From assembly GCA_026770705.1 (NCBI GenBank), contig JANJGN010000052.1, forward strand, positions 2,294,001 through 2,358,000: DNA of 64,000 nucleotides, read 5' to 3'. A program made the translations under genes and the position numbers. The stretch comes from Isurus oxyrinchus (lineage: Eukaryota). Below are positions 36,391 to 49,477 of this stretch, piece after piece. Each line of letters starts with the position of its first letter. Position 1 is the first letter of the stretch. The notes beneath the pieces were generated by a model that was not told the origin of the DNA, searched no databases, and worked only from the letters and a program-made list of their open reading frames with translations.

Positions 36391-36817
36391 AGGTCCCTCT
36401 CCTCTCTCAGTGCTGCACTGGAGTCTCGGTGTCAGCTCCGATTCTGTGTTGAAGGAAGGTAAACTCCAGATCAACAAGACACTGAATTGGATGAGCAACC
36501 TCCTGAACAGAGAATTGTAGATTTACCCCTCAGTGCTCCATCAATCAAATACAATTCATTGCCTGTCAAGCCCTTGGGGACATCCTGAGGATGTGAAAGG
36601 CAGTTTCTTTAAATCTGGATGGGCAGGGTCTCTGGTGGGAGAATGCTCCTGCAGTGTGACAGTTTACATAGGCAGTGCCCATTGTAAATGTGACATAGGA
36701 ACTTATCTTGAGAGAAGGTGCCTAGAAATGCACACAGGCATCAGTTACAGTGAGATGATACAGGAAGTTTTGCTGTGCACTGTGTTTGCTCACATTAAAA
36801 TCTTTATATATTTTTAG

Positions 36818-37099
36818 ATGGACCACAGAATCTCTCAATTACTTCTCTTGATGTGATTAACGCTTCATCGGTCAATATAATTGAGGAGAATTCTGCAGTG
36901 ATAATCTGCTCTGTCGAGAGCTTCCCAGCTTCTAATCTGACGTGGCGACATCTTAATGTCCCATTGAACAGAACAAGATCCAACAATGAGCTGTGGTTGG
37001 TGATTCCTCACGTTACATCCAGGGACACTGGAGACTATCAGTGTGTGGCAGAGAATGAACATGGAGCAGTGGAGGGGTTCATAACCATCACTGTGGAAC
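36818..37099 (+). CDS. Gene C C2/I-type Ig repeat exon 1
   Basis: 282 bp, phase 1-1; GPQNLSI..SAVIICSVESFPASNLTW..DTGDYQCVAENEHG. Confidence 0.88.
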
Positions 37100-38226
37100 G
37101 TGAGTTAAAGCAAACTTCAACATCACTCTCACATATTCACACACACACACATACACATACACACATGCATACAAACAAGAATTCATGTGCTCCCACATGT
37201 GCACAGGTGTGCACGCCTGTATGCTTACACACAGAAGCATACATACAGAATCACACGTGTGCTTGCTCACACACACCGACATGTGTGTGTTGTCTGTTCT
37301 CCCTGTGCTGCACTGGAGTGTTGCTCCAGATTCTGCTCTGAAACACTGACGACATCAGCTGAACAAGACCCTGTATTGGACGAGCAGTCACCTGCACAGA
37401 GAATTGTAGGTTTATCACTCAATACCCCATTATTCTAAAGCAATTCCTCCACTGTCAAATCCCTGTTAACATCCTGAAGATGTGAAAGACATTTTCTTTT
37501 CTTCTAGCCCGTCAGTGTCTCCTCTGGTGGAAGGCTGTAATTACAGCGTGACAGTTTACATATCCACATGCAGCAAGAGCTGAACAACACTCAGCTTGGG
37601 CTGAGAAATGACAAGTAATGTTCATGCCACACAAGTACCAGGCAGTGATCATCTCCAACAAGAGAGAATCTAACCATCTTCCCTTGATATTCATTGAATT
37701 TACCATCGCTGAATCTCCCACGATCAACATCCTGGGGGATGTTAACCAAACACCTAACTGGACCGGCCATAAATACTGTGGCTACAGGGGCAGGTCAGAG
37801 GCTGGGGAGTCTGTGGGGGGGAATAACTCACCACCACCTTCTATAAGACCATAAGACATAGGAGGAGAAATTAGGCCATTCAGCCTATCGAGTCTGCTCC
37901 ACCATTCAATCATGGTTGATAAGTTTCTCAACCCCATTCTCCAGCTTCTCCCCATAACCTTTGATCCCCTTACCTATCAAGAATCTATCTATCTCGGTCG
38001 TAAATACACTTCACAAGGGCAATTAGGGATGGGTAATAAATGCTGGCCTAACCAGCGACACCCACTTCCTTTGAATGTACAAATAGAAAAATACATGCAG
38101 TGACCATCATTAATGTTGACATAGGAACTTATAATGGGGATGATACTTTGGAATGCACATGGACACCAGAAAGAGAGAGACGAAGCATTGAGTCTTCCTC
38201 ACAATGAAATCTTTATTTGTTTTTAG

Positions 38227-38508
38227 ATGCACCACGGAATCTCTCAATTACTTCTCTTGATATGATTAACGTTTCATCGATCAATATAATTGAGAGGAAA
38301 TCTGCAGTGATAATCTGCTCTGTCGAGAGCTTCCCAGCTTCTAACCTGATGTGGCGACATCTTAATGTCCCAATGAACAGAACAAGTTCCAACAATGAGC
38401 TGTGGTTGGTGATTCCTCACGTTACATCCAGGGACACTGGAGATTATCAGTGTGTGGCAGAGAATGAACAAGGGGCAGTGGAGGGGTTCATAACTATCAC
38501 TGTGGAAC
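38227..38508 (+). CDS. Gene C Ig repeat exon 2
   Basis: 282 bp, AG/GTGAGT, open frame. Confidence 0.88.
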
Positions 38509-38550
38509 GTGAGTTACTGTAAACTTCAACATCACTCACACACACACACA

Positions 38551-38597
<47 letters not shown>

Positions 38598-39500
38598 ATA
38601 AACAGGTGCACGCAAACATGCGTTCATATTCAATCCCATGTCTGCACAGGTGTGCACGCCTGTATGCTCACACACACAAGCATACATACAGAATCACACG
38701 TGTGCTTACTCACACACACACAGACATGTGTGAGTTGTCTGTTCTCCCTGTGCTGCACTGGAGTGTTGCTCCAGATTCTGCTCTGAAACACTGACGACAT
38801 CAGCTGAACAAGACCCTGTATTGGACGAGCAGCCCCCTGCACAGAGAATTGTAGGTTTATCACTCAATACCCCATTATTCTAAAGCAATTCCTCCACTGT
38901 CAAATCCCTGTGAACATCCTGATGATGTGAAAGACATTTTCTTTTCTTCTAGCACAACAGTGTCTCATCTGGTGGAAGGCTGTAATTACAGCGTGACAGT
39001 TTACATATCCACATGCAGCAAGAGCTGAGCAACTTTCAGCTTGGGCTGAGAAATGACAAGTAATGTTCATGCCACACAAGTACCAGGCAGTGAACATCTC
39101 CAACAAGAGGCAATCTAACCATCTCCCCTTGATATTCAATCACTTTACCATTGCTGAATCCCCTACCATCAACATCCTGGAGGATGTTAACAAAACAACT
39201 AACTGGACCGGCCATAATAACTGTGGCTTTAGGAGCAGGTCAGAAGCTGGGAAATCTGTTGGGGTGAAAAACTCACCACCAGCTTCTCAAGGACAATTAG
39301 GGATGGGTAATACATGTTGGCCTAACCAGTGACACCCACTTCCCATGAATGTCCCTAAAGAAACACACCAGCCGTGACCATTATAGATGTTGACATAGTA
39401 ACTTATAATGGGTAAGATACCTTGAAATGAAAGCAGATACCAGATAGAGAGAAATGAAGCGTGGAGCCTTGTTCACAATGAAATCTTTATATGTTTTCAG

Positions 39501-39782
39501 ATGCACCACGGAATCTCTCAATTACTTTTCTTGATATGATTAACACTTCATCGATCAATATAATTGAGGGGAATTCTGCAGTGATAATCTGCTCTGTCGA
39601 GAGCTTCCCAGCTTCTAACCTGACGTGGCGACATCTTAATGTCCCAATGAACAGAACCAGTTCCAACAATGAGCTGTGGTTGGTGATTCCTCACGTGACA
39701 TCCAGGGACACTGGAGACTATCAGTGTGTGGCAGAGAATGAACATGGAGCAGTGGAGGGGTTCATAACCATCACTGTGGAAT
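39501..39782 (+). CDS. Gene C Ig repeat exon 3
   Basis: 282 bp, AG/GTGAGT, open frame. Confidence 0.88.
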
Positions 39783-40769
39783 GTGAGTTAAAGCAAACTT
39801 CAACATCACTCACATACACACACATATACACACACACACACACATACACACACACACAGACACATGCACACAAACAAGCATTCATGTGCAATCCCACATG
39901 TGCACAGGTGTGCACGCCTGCATGCTCACACACAGAAGCATACATACAGAATCACACATGTGCTTGCTCACACACACACAGACATGTGTGAGTTGTCTGT
40001 TCTCCCTGTGCTGCACTGGAGTGTTGCTCCAGATTCTGCTCTGAAACACTGACAATATCAGCTGAACAAGACCCTGTATTGGACGAGCAGTCACCTGCAC
40101 AGAGAATTGTAGGTTTATCACTCAATACCCCATTATTCTAAAGCAATTCCTCCACTGTCAAATCCCTGTGAACCTCCTGATGATGTGAAAGACATTTTGT
40201 TTTCTTCTAGCCTGACAGTGTCTCCTCTGGTGGAAGGCTGTAATTACAGCGTGACAGTTTACATATCCACATGCAGCAAGAGCTGAATAACACTCAGCTT
40301 GGGCTGAGAAATGAGAATTAATGCATCACAAGCACCAGGCAGTGATCATGTCCAACAAGAGAGAATCTAACCATCTCCCCTTGATGTTCAGTGAGTTTAC
40401 TATCACTGAATCCCCCACAATCAACATCCTGGGGGATGTTAACCAAACACCGAACTGGACCGGCCATAAATACTGTGGCTACATGAGCCTGTCAGAGGCT
40501 GGGAATCCTCTGGAGGTGAAAAACTCACCACCACCTCCTCAAGGGCAATTAGGGATGGGTAATAAATGCTGGTCTAGATAGATACATCCACTTCCCATGA
40601 ATATGCAAAAAGGAACACACTGGCAGTGTCTGTTACAAATGGTGACATAGAAACTTATAATGGAGAAAGAAGCCTTGACATGCACATAGACACCAGATGG
40701 AGAGAGACGATACCTGGAGTCTTGCTGTGCACTGTGTTTGCTCACAATGAAACCTTTATTTGTTTTTAG

Positions 40770-41051
40770 ATGCACCACGGAATCTCTCAATTACTTCTCT
40801 TGATTTGATTAACGCTTCATCGATCAATATAATTGAGGGGAATTCTGCAGTGATAATCTGCTCTGTCGAGAGCTTCCCACCTTCTAACCTGATGTGGCGA
40901 CATCTTAATGTCCCAATGAACAGAACAAGTTCCAACAATGAGCTGTGGTTGGTGATTCCTCATGTTACATCCAGGGACACTGGAGACTATCAGTGTGTGG
41001 CAGAGAATGAACATGGAGCAGTGCAGGGGTTCATAACCATCACTGTGGAAT
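40770..41051 (+). CDS. Gene C Ig repeat exon 4
   Basis: 282 bp, AG/GTGAGT, open frame. Confidence 0.88.
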
Positions 41052-41089
41052 GTGAGTTACACAGAGTTGAACGTTCTCTTGTTATTAGC

Positions 41090-42120
41090 TCATGGGATGT
41101 GGGCATTGTTGACAAGGCCAGAAATTATTGCCCATCTGTAACTGCCCCTTGAGAAGGTGGTGGTGAGCTGCCTTCTTTAACCACTGCAGTCCATGTGGTG
41201 TAGGCACACCCACAGTGCTGTTAGGGAGGGAGTTCCAGGATTTTGACCCAGCAACGGTGAAGGAACGGCCGATATAGTTCCAAGTCTCATAGAAGATCAA
41301 CACCTCAAGTTCACCTCCAAGTCACACACCACACTGACTTGGAACTGTCTTGGTGGAAGAGGTTAAGGGTTTGGAAGGTGCTGTCGAAGGAGCCTTGGTG
41401 TGTTGCTGCAGTGCATCTTGTAGATGGTGCACACTGCTGCCATTGTGTGCCAATGGTGGAGGGTATGAATGTTTATGCTGGTGGATGGGCTGTCGATCAA
41501 ACAAGCTGCTCCTGGATGGTGTCGAGCTTCTTGAGTGTTGTTGGAGCTGCACTTATTCAGGAAACTGGAGATTATTCCATCACACTCCTGACTTGTGCCT
41601 TGTCGATGGTGGAAAGGCTTTGGGGAGTCAGGAGGTGAGTTACTCACCGCAGAGTTCCCAGCCTCTTACCCGCTCTTGTAGCCACATTATTTCCTGTTGC
41701 CGGGTTGTTGCCAGGGCCAATAGCATTTGCTGTATCCAGTATCATCAGCTGATTCCTGATGTCACGTGGAGTCAATCGAATTGTCTGAAAGCTGACATCT
41801 GTGATGCTCGGACCCTCTGGAGGAGGCCGAGATGGATCATCCACTCAGCACTTCTGGCTGAACATGGTTTCCAATGCTTCAGCCTTGTCGTTTGCACTGA
41901 TGTGCTGAGCTCCCCCATCATTAAGGATGGGGATATTTGTGGAACATCCTCCTCCTGTTAGATCTTTAGTTGTCCATCACCATTCATGACTGGATGTGGC
42001 AGGACTGCAGAGCTTAGATCTGACCCGTTGGGATCGCTTTGCTCTGTCTATAGCATGATGTTTCCGCTGTTTGGTGTGTATGTAGTCCTGTGTGTCACCT
42101 CAGCAGCTTGGCACCTCTGT
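41090..42120 (-). mobile_element. Non-LTR retrotransposon fragments
   Basis: KSWNSLPNSTVGVPTPHGLQ..KKAAHHHLLKG; same family as 53.1-55.1 kb. Confidence 0.7.
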
Positions 42121-42309
42121 TATATGTGAATCCTCCTTATAGAAACCTGCATGTACATGGATATTATCAATAAATATTACATAGATAAATGTTATTTGTA
42201 TAGACCTTTCATGCATAGACAATATCACTTCACAAGTTCAGAATTACTACATGTACATAGGGAACCATTCTCAAACTGTACCGGAGTCATTCATTGGCTG
42301 ATTTTACAG

Positions 42310-42406
42310 GGCGAGATTCCAATGAATGGAAAGCAGGATTGCTTGGAGCTGGAATCTGTTTGAGTGTTGGACTGAGTGGATTCTTCATCTTCAAGTGTGT
42401 GAGAAA
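42310..42406 (+). CDS. Gene C transmembrane exon (uncharged TM)
   Basis: ttttacAG acceptor and AA|GTAAGT donor; phase 1 in, phase 2 out: RDSNEWKAGLLGAGICLSVGLSGFFIFKCVRK. Confidence 0.75.
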
Positions 42407-43164
42407 GTAAGTGTGAAGGTTTAATTGGTTGTTTTCGAAAATGTTTTCTTCAACCTTCTCTCCTTATAGAAAGAACTTGCATTTCTATAGCACCTTTCAC
42501 AACCCAAAACCCTCCACAACCCCTGAAGAGCTTTGATGTTCACTCACTGTTTCACATCTCATGCAACACTCAATGTTTCACAACTCAGTCCTGTAACTGG
42601 CAGTGTTGACCTGGACCATAAAATACCTTGTGACTTCCTGAGGATGTGAAAGGGAACATATAACTGAAGACATTTCTTTTGTTAGTGAATGCAATCTCTT
42701 TCCATTTTCACTGTCTAATTCACTCTCTCTCTTATCTCCACTAATACTCTCCTTCTCATTCTCTCTCTCTCATTCACTCTCTCTTACCTCCACTAATGCT
42801 CTCCTTCTCATTCTCTCTCTCATTCACTCTCTCTCCAAACTCCACTAATGCTCTCCTTCTCATTCTTTCTCTCGTTCTCTTACACATTGTTCAGTCTCAC
42901 ACATTTTAAACGAGCGCTGAGCAACATCTGTTCCTTCAGAAGATCCACCTCAACACCTGGAGTGAGCAGTGAATTGAAACTCGCTCAACGACTGCTCAGC
43001 TTTACACAGGAATCACGTCACAGAGTCAGGACACAAAGGGTTAACAGTTTGCTTACAACACAACACTAAGGCCCTACGTTTCAGTGAAAGGGTTTTCACA
43101 ATTGTTCCCCAATTCCTGATTTGACTCACAGTGACACATCAACCCTTTCTCATTAAACACACAG

Positions 43165-43249
43165 AGGGAGCAGCACAGGAAGAGGTCATTCAGCCCAAGC
43201 AGAGCGGGAGGGCAGTTCCTCCCCAGGCGAGCAGTCGGACAGGTACTGG
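43165..43249 (+). CDS. Candidate gene C cytoplasmic exon 1 (a copy of the 5' exon module); alternative is a 22-bp exon at 42940-42961
   Basis: 85 bp, phase 2 to 0, TGG|GTAAGT donor, open frame (GSSTGRGHSAQAEREGSSSPGEQSDRYW). The acceptor is weak. Confidence 0.4.
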
Positions 43250-43760
43250 GTAAGTAACGGAACGATTGGAATTCACTTCCATGACCAACACCGTCCTTTG
43301 TTGATGTTGTGACTTTATAAAGACAGATACCAATGATTGATGCCTTTGAAAGATTTCTACTGATTATTGAGATCTGGGTGTGAGGCTCAGGTCAGTTGCA
43401 CGGAACATCTTTCTGGTTAAATTGTGCAGACAGGTTACACACAGTCTACGATTATATTCCCTCGGGTCTAGAAGATTAAGGAGTGATCTAACTGAGGGGT
43501 TCAAACTGATTAAACACTCGATAGGGTCGATAGAGAGAAGCTATTCCCTCGGGTGGGGGTGGGTGGTGGGGGTCGGGTGGAGTCCAGAACAAGGGGGCTG
43601 GAACTTCAGATTGGAGCCAGGCCGTTCAGGGGTGATGTCAGGAAGCACTTCTTCACACAAAGGGGAGTGGAAATCTGGAACTCTCTCCCCAATAATCAAA
43701 CCCAACACCGAATACACATCATGTTGATTGTCACTCTGTCCATTTCCATCTCTATTACAG

Positions 43761-43865
43761 AAGAGAGGCGAGGGGAAAGCAGGAATCAAATCGAACCATC
43801 ACGCTGATGAATATCGAGGTCCTGTTTATGAAAACTGTGAGCTTGGTTGGGCTTTGAGGAATCAG
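43761..43865 (+). CDS. Gene C cytoplasmic exon with YEN motif
   Basis: tattacAG acceptor and CAG|GTGAGT donor; 105 bp, phase 0-0: KRGEGKAGIKSNHHADEYRGPVYENCELGWALRNQ. Confidence 0.7.
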
Positions 43866-43994
43866 GTGAGTCACACACCACAGGATCCCCAGCCTCTCAG
43901 CTGCTCCAGTAGCCTGGTTATTGATATGGCTGCTCCAGTCCTGTATCTGCAATGTTTTATACAGTCACTCCCAAACCCAACCAAACTCACACCC

Positions 43995-44352
43995 AACACC
44001 GTTCAGAATCAATAATCAAACCCCGTTCAGAATCAATAATCAAACCTCGTTCAGAATCAATAATCAAACCCTGTTCAGTATCAATAATCAAACCTCGTTC
44101 AGTATCAATAATCAAACCCCATTCAGAATCAATAATCAATCCCCATTCAGTTTCAATAATCAAACGCCGTTCAGAATCAATAATCAAACCCCATTCAGAA
44201 TCAATAATCAAACCCCGTTCAGATTCAATAATCAAACTCCGTTCAGTATCAATAATCAAACCCCGTTCATTATCAATAATCAAACTCCGTTCATTATCAA
44301 TAATCAAACACCGTTCAGTATCAATAATCAAACCCCGTTCAGTATCAATAAT
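43995..44352. repeat. 24-bp minisatellite (aatcaataatcaaaccccgttcag), intronic
   Basis: About 15 tandem units. Confidence 0.9.
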
Positions 44353-44450
44353 TAATGTATCTATTGTGGGTGGAATTTTCGATTTGGTTCAATAATTCTA
44401 AACACTGATCACTCTGATTGTCACTCTGATCATTTCAGTTTCTATTACAG

Positions 44451-44567
44451 AAGAAAGATGAGAAGGATCTGGAAATGAAATCTAACCGCGGAGTCAATCC
44501 TGATACAGATGATGATCTTTACGCAAACTGTGATTTTGCTGAGGATTCTGTTTATGGGAATTTATAA
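44451..44567 (+). CDS. Gene C terminal cytoplasmic exon with ITIM-like SVYGNL
   Basis: Phase 0: KKDEKDLEMKSNRGVNPDTDDDLYANCDFAEDSVYGNL*; candidate AATAAA at 45341. Confidence 0.75.
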   Translation, partial: KKDEKDLEMKSNRGVNPDTDDDLYANCDFAEDSVYGNL

Positions 44568-45899
44568 ACTGAGCAAGAATGAGACACACACAGTGTGGGG
44601 AGAATACAGAACGGGAGAATCATTCAAAACTCTAACTTACCTTCCTAATATCCACAGGAACTCACTCCCAGGAAATAGATTTAAACCTCTTGTTACAATC
44701 TGATGGAATTTCTTCGGAATGATCTATCCAGGATGATTGTCTGTGGGTTTCAATTCGAACATCCTCCTTCAGATTTGTCCCTCACTGTTGGAAACATACT
44801 TCTCTCCAATCTGATTGTAAATGTCTTTAGATATCGTTCGATGATGTTCCAGGACAGAACGGACAAATTCAATCCCGTGTCCTTGATTATGAGTTAATTT
44901 TCATTCTGTTATTCACCTTCCTGTCTGTCAGTGTTTACAGAATATTCATCAGCCAGTGTAGACTTCAGGAAATGCAGGATCGGTGGATAATTGGAGCAGA
45001 GGAGATTGGTAAAATTTACTCAGCATTTTGTAGTCAAATGTATTTTCAGATATATATTTGGATTTTACACTTCATCGTTAAAGAGCAAAACTAACAGCAA
45101 TCCCGGAAACAGGGAAACAATTTGATTGGAGATTTGAGAAATTCTCTGCAGCTCAGAGGATAACAGATGTGATACAGTGCCACCACTGGTGGCAGGACAT
45201 CATTTCAGCGTGACATGTTTACATTGATGTTGCCAATGAACATAGGAAATTATGATGTGAAAAATTGGTTGCAGGTTTACCTTCTTCAATATGTCATGGA
45301 TGGATGAGACAGCTTTGATAACAGAATGAGACAGAGCTGCAATAAACCACCATGTTAGTCTTTCACACTTGGAGAGTACAATGAGCATCCATCCTGAAGG
45401 CTGAGTGGATGGGTGGACTGTGCGATGTGTTACAGATCACAGAGACCAACATCCTTGATCCTGGTTCTGCTCTGTGTTTGATGAGATGCTTGGATAAAAG
45501 ATTGGGAAAATAAATAATCCTCCTGCATTAACCTGTAACTGGTCTCTCCTTCTGTCAATGTCGTGAGGAGACAATTGGGTTTGAGGTCCAAAATCAGACA
45601 TTCTTTGACTGCCCATTGAATAGGAACAGGAGGAGGCCATTCAGCCCCCTCGAGCCTGCTACACGGGAACAAGAGGGCACCTGATACAAAAACAGAAAAT
45701 GCTGGAGAAACTGAGTAGGTCTGGCAGCATCTGTGCAGAGATAAACGGAATTAACATTTCGAGTCCGTATGACCCTTCTTGAGTGTCTCAAAGCAAAAAC
45801 TCTGTTTCTCTCTCCACAGCTGCTGCCAGACCTGCTGAGTTAATGCAGCATTTTCTGTGTTTATTTCAGATTTACAGCATCTGCAGTATTTATTTTTAA

Positions 45900-47160
45900 T
45901 GACAGGAGGACATTCAGCCTCTTGATCCTGTTACACAGGAACAGCAGGAGGCCATTCAGCCCCCTCGAGCCTGTTACACAGGAACAGGAGGAGGCACATT
46001 CAGCCCCCTCGAGCCTGTTACACAGGAACAGGAGGAGGCCCATTCAGCCCCCTCGAGCCTGTTACACAGGAACAGGAGGAGGCACATTCAGCCTCCTCGA
46101 GCCTGTTACACAGGAACAGGAGGAGGCCCATTCAGCCCCCTCGAGCTTGTTACACAGGAACAGGTGGAGGTCGAATCAGCCCCCTCGAGCTTGTTACACA
46201 GGAACAGGAGGAGGCCCATTCAGCCCCCTCGAGCTTGTTACACAGGAACAGGAGGAGGCCCATTCAGCCCCCTCGAGCTTGTTACACAGCAAGAGGAGGA
46301 GGTCCATTCAGCACAGGAACAGGATTAGGACAATACAGCCCCTCGAGCCTGTTACACAGGAACAGGAGGAGGCCTATTCAGCCACTCAAGCCTCTTACAT
46401 GAGGACAGGAGAAAGCCCATCAGCCTCTTGAGCCTATTATACAGGAACAGGAAAAGGACATTCAGTCCCTCAACACCCTTCCACAGGAACAGGAGAGAGT
46501 CTCAGCCCCTCGAGCCTGTTACCCAGGAACAGGAAGAGGACATTCAGTCTCTCAACCCTCTTACACAGGAATAGGAAATCCATTCAGCCCCCTCGAGCCT
46601 GTTACACAGGAACAGGAGGAGGCCCATTCAGCCCCCTCGAGCCTGTTACACAGGAACAGGAGGAGGTCCATTCTGTCCCCTTGAGCCTGTTACACAGGTA
46701 CAGGAGACCCATTCAGCCTCCACAAGCTTGTTACACAGGAACATTAGGGGCTCCATTCAGCCCCATCAAGCCTGTTACACAGGAACAGGAGGAGGCCATT
46801 CAGCCCCTCGAGCCTGTTACACAGGAACAGGAGGAGGCCCATTCAGCCCCTCAAGCCTGTTACACAGGAACAGGAGGAGGCCCATTCAGCCACTCAAGCC
46901 TGTTATTACAGGAACAGGTGGAGGCCCATTCAGACCCTCTAACCTGTAACACAGGAACACAAGGAGATCCATTCAGCCCCTCGAGCCTGTTACACAGGAA
47001 CAGGAGGAGGCCTATTCGGACACTCGAGCCTGTTACACAAGGACAGGGGGAGGGCATTCAGCACCTGGAGCCTGTTACACAGGAACAGGAGGAGGTCCAT
47101 TCAGCTACTCACACCTGTTACACAGGAACAGGAAGAGGCCCAGTCAACCCCTCGAGCTTG
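45900..47160. repeat. About 43-45-bp minisatellite (duplicate of 11.3-13.4 kb)
   Basis: Same unit as 11.3-13.4 kb. Confidence 0.9.
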
Positions 47161-47267
47161 TTGCATGTGAACAGTCGATGGCCCTTCAACCACATTCTTG
47201 GCACGCAAAGGGCTAACAGTTTTCTAACAGTGCGAGGCAAAGAGCTGCTTTCACACTTGGTACCAAG

Positions 47268-47407
47268 CACTTCCAATTTTGTCTCACAGAGACACATCCA
47301 CCCCTTCTAATTAAACACAAATAGGGAGCAGCACAGGAAGAGGTCATTCAGCCCAAGCAGAGCGTGTGGGCAGTTCCTCCCCAGGCGAGCAGTCGGACAG
47401 GTCCTGG
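47268..47407 (+). promoter_or_regulatory. 5' exon module of gene D; PU.1 core altered (cttccaatttt)
   Basis: Homologous to 13480-13619 and 14139-14278. Confidence 0.45.
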
Positions 47408-47857
47408 GTAAGTAACGGAACGACTGGAATTCACTTCCACCACCAACACCGTCCTTTGTTGATGTTGTGACTTTATAAAGACAGATTCCAATGATTGATG
47501 CCTTTGAAAGATTTCTACTGATTATTGAGATCTGGGTGTGAGGCTCAAGTCTGTTGTACAGAACATCTTTCTAGCTCAAGGGATGAGGGAACTGCAGAGA
47601 CATGAGCTTTGGGGTGTCCTGAGGTGGTGAAAGGTGCTATAGAAATGCAAATCCTTCATTGTTTGTCTTACTTAAAGACTTGTAACTCTCTGCAGAGCAC
47701 CTATCATCCCACAGAGAATCAAATTAGTCTGTGAAGACATTGTCTAAAAGCAGTTCTGATCTCTCGAGAGCTGTCGGACAAGAGGTGAGGTCTCATTAAC
47801 TCCTTTCTCTTTCACAGCTTGAGAGTGAGAAGTGGATGGAATATCTGGGAGTGGACG

Positions 47858-47896
47858 ATGGTCGGGAAATCTACTTCCTCCTGTCACTTCTCCAAG
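47858..47896 (+). pseudogene. Gene D leader exon with a 1-bp deletion (upstream ATG at 47836 restores frame)
   Basis: aaatctacttc versus aaatcttacttc; 39 bp. Confidence 0.7.
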
Positions 47897-48586
47897 GTAA
47901 TATCATCATCAGCTTGAACAGATTTATGTTTAACAGTCTTTGTAAAAGATCATTCTTATCTCTTTATCTCTGTAACCTCCTGCAACTCACCCAAACAACT
48001 TCCCAGATCTCTGTGTTACTCCAATTCCGGCCTCTTGACCATCCCCCGATTCCCATCACTCCAATACTGGCGGCCGGGCCTTCAGCTGCCTGGGGCCTGA
48101 GCTCTGGAATTCACTCCCTAAACCTCGGGGATGGAGGAGATGAGACGGTTTCATTTTACTGACAATCACCACGACAACATCACAGCTGCAGTCAGAATAG
48201 ACAGAGAGTCCAGCCCTCACACTTCCTGCACAGTTTCACCATAGCAACCACAATAAAGAAGTAAAATAACTGAAAGTTAAACCGAAGCCAAACCAGTCGG
48301 TGTAGAGAGATGAGATGTTTACACAGTTTCCCTGTGTATCTTGTAGACACTGTGTTGGGTGGAAGACTGGCTTCACTAAACATGGTCCTGAGGACCATGA
48401 GCCAATGTAGAATGAACTTGTCCACTCCTGTGACCAGGATTCTCTTCCATCCATTGTGAAACCTTGGGGAGTTCCTTGTGAGTCCTGTAGATGGTCCACA
48501 CAGCAGCCACTGTGCCCCAGTGATGGAGGGAGTGGATATCAAGTCTAGTGGATTGACAAACCATCCAGAGTTAAATATTGACATTT

Positions 48587-48618
48587 CTATTACCCTGTAA
48601 CCCGGCTTCATGTTTCTG
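48587..48618 (+). pseudogene. Gene D V-set exon remnant (acceptor and most of the exon deleted)
   Basis: Upstream intron gacatttct is fused directly to the V-exon end attaccctgtaacccggcttcatgtttctg|gtaagt. Confidence 0.85.
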
Positions 48619-49477
48619 GTAAGTGCTGTGTTATAATTACTCAACAATTCACATTCAACACTCAATGGGAAATAACACTAACTGTGACGTTTACATATTA
48701 ACACAAAACACAGCTTAATATAACACACTGTCTGATTCTCAATAACCTGGTGATAGCTTCCAGTTCAGTCCTAAAGCAACCTCTAATACTCACTTTAATA
48801 TCAATGATGAAAAGCATTAACTGTATTATCAGGTTATCCACTCCCATCAATCTCTCCTGTCCTGTTTAAAAGTCTCACGTATCGATAAAAGAAAGATGTG
48901 CATTTCTGCAGCGCAATTTACCACCTCAGGAGGATCCAAATCCCTTCACAGCCAATGAAATTATTCCTGAATTGTAGTCACAGATGTTAAACACAGCAGG
49001 CAGTTTGTGCACAGCAAGATCCAACAAACCACAAGGTGATAAATCACCCAGATCACTGAGGAAATGAGAGGCCAGTGAACCCTAACCTCTGGTCTGATGA
49101 AGAGTCATACGAACTCGAAACCTTAACCCTGGCTTCCTCTCCACTGATACTGTCAGACCTGCTGAGCCTTTCCAGCAATTTTTGTTTTTGTTTCAGATTT
49201 CCAGCATCTGCAGTATTCTGCTTTTAACTCCAATCTCTGGTCTGAGCCTCTTCTCTCATCCAGTATTCTCAATTCACATGTCTCGGAGTGAACGTGTATT
49301 AAGCTGAGAGACAGAAACACTACTGCCAAAGAGCAAGAAAATCTCTCCTGATCATTGTAACCTCTCAGTTCTGATATCATCCTTGTAAAAGTGCTTTCTC
49401 TTGTGGGACTGTGGTTTCTATTTGAACTGATGCTTCACGTTATATTTCTCTAAAAGGATCCATTCTCTGTCTGTTAG

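Noticed and set aside
35961-36498. His/Thr- and Cys/Val-rich ORFs
   Set aside because: Translations of the (CA)n microsatellite.
22085-44567. Naming gene C as CD22 or MAG
   Set aside because: The domain count arises from local duplications and the tail lacks CD22's multiple canonical ITIMs; orthology needs a phylogeny.
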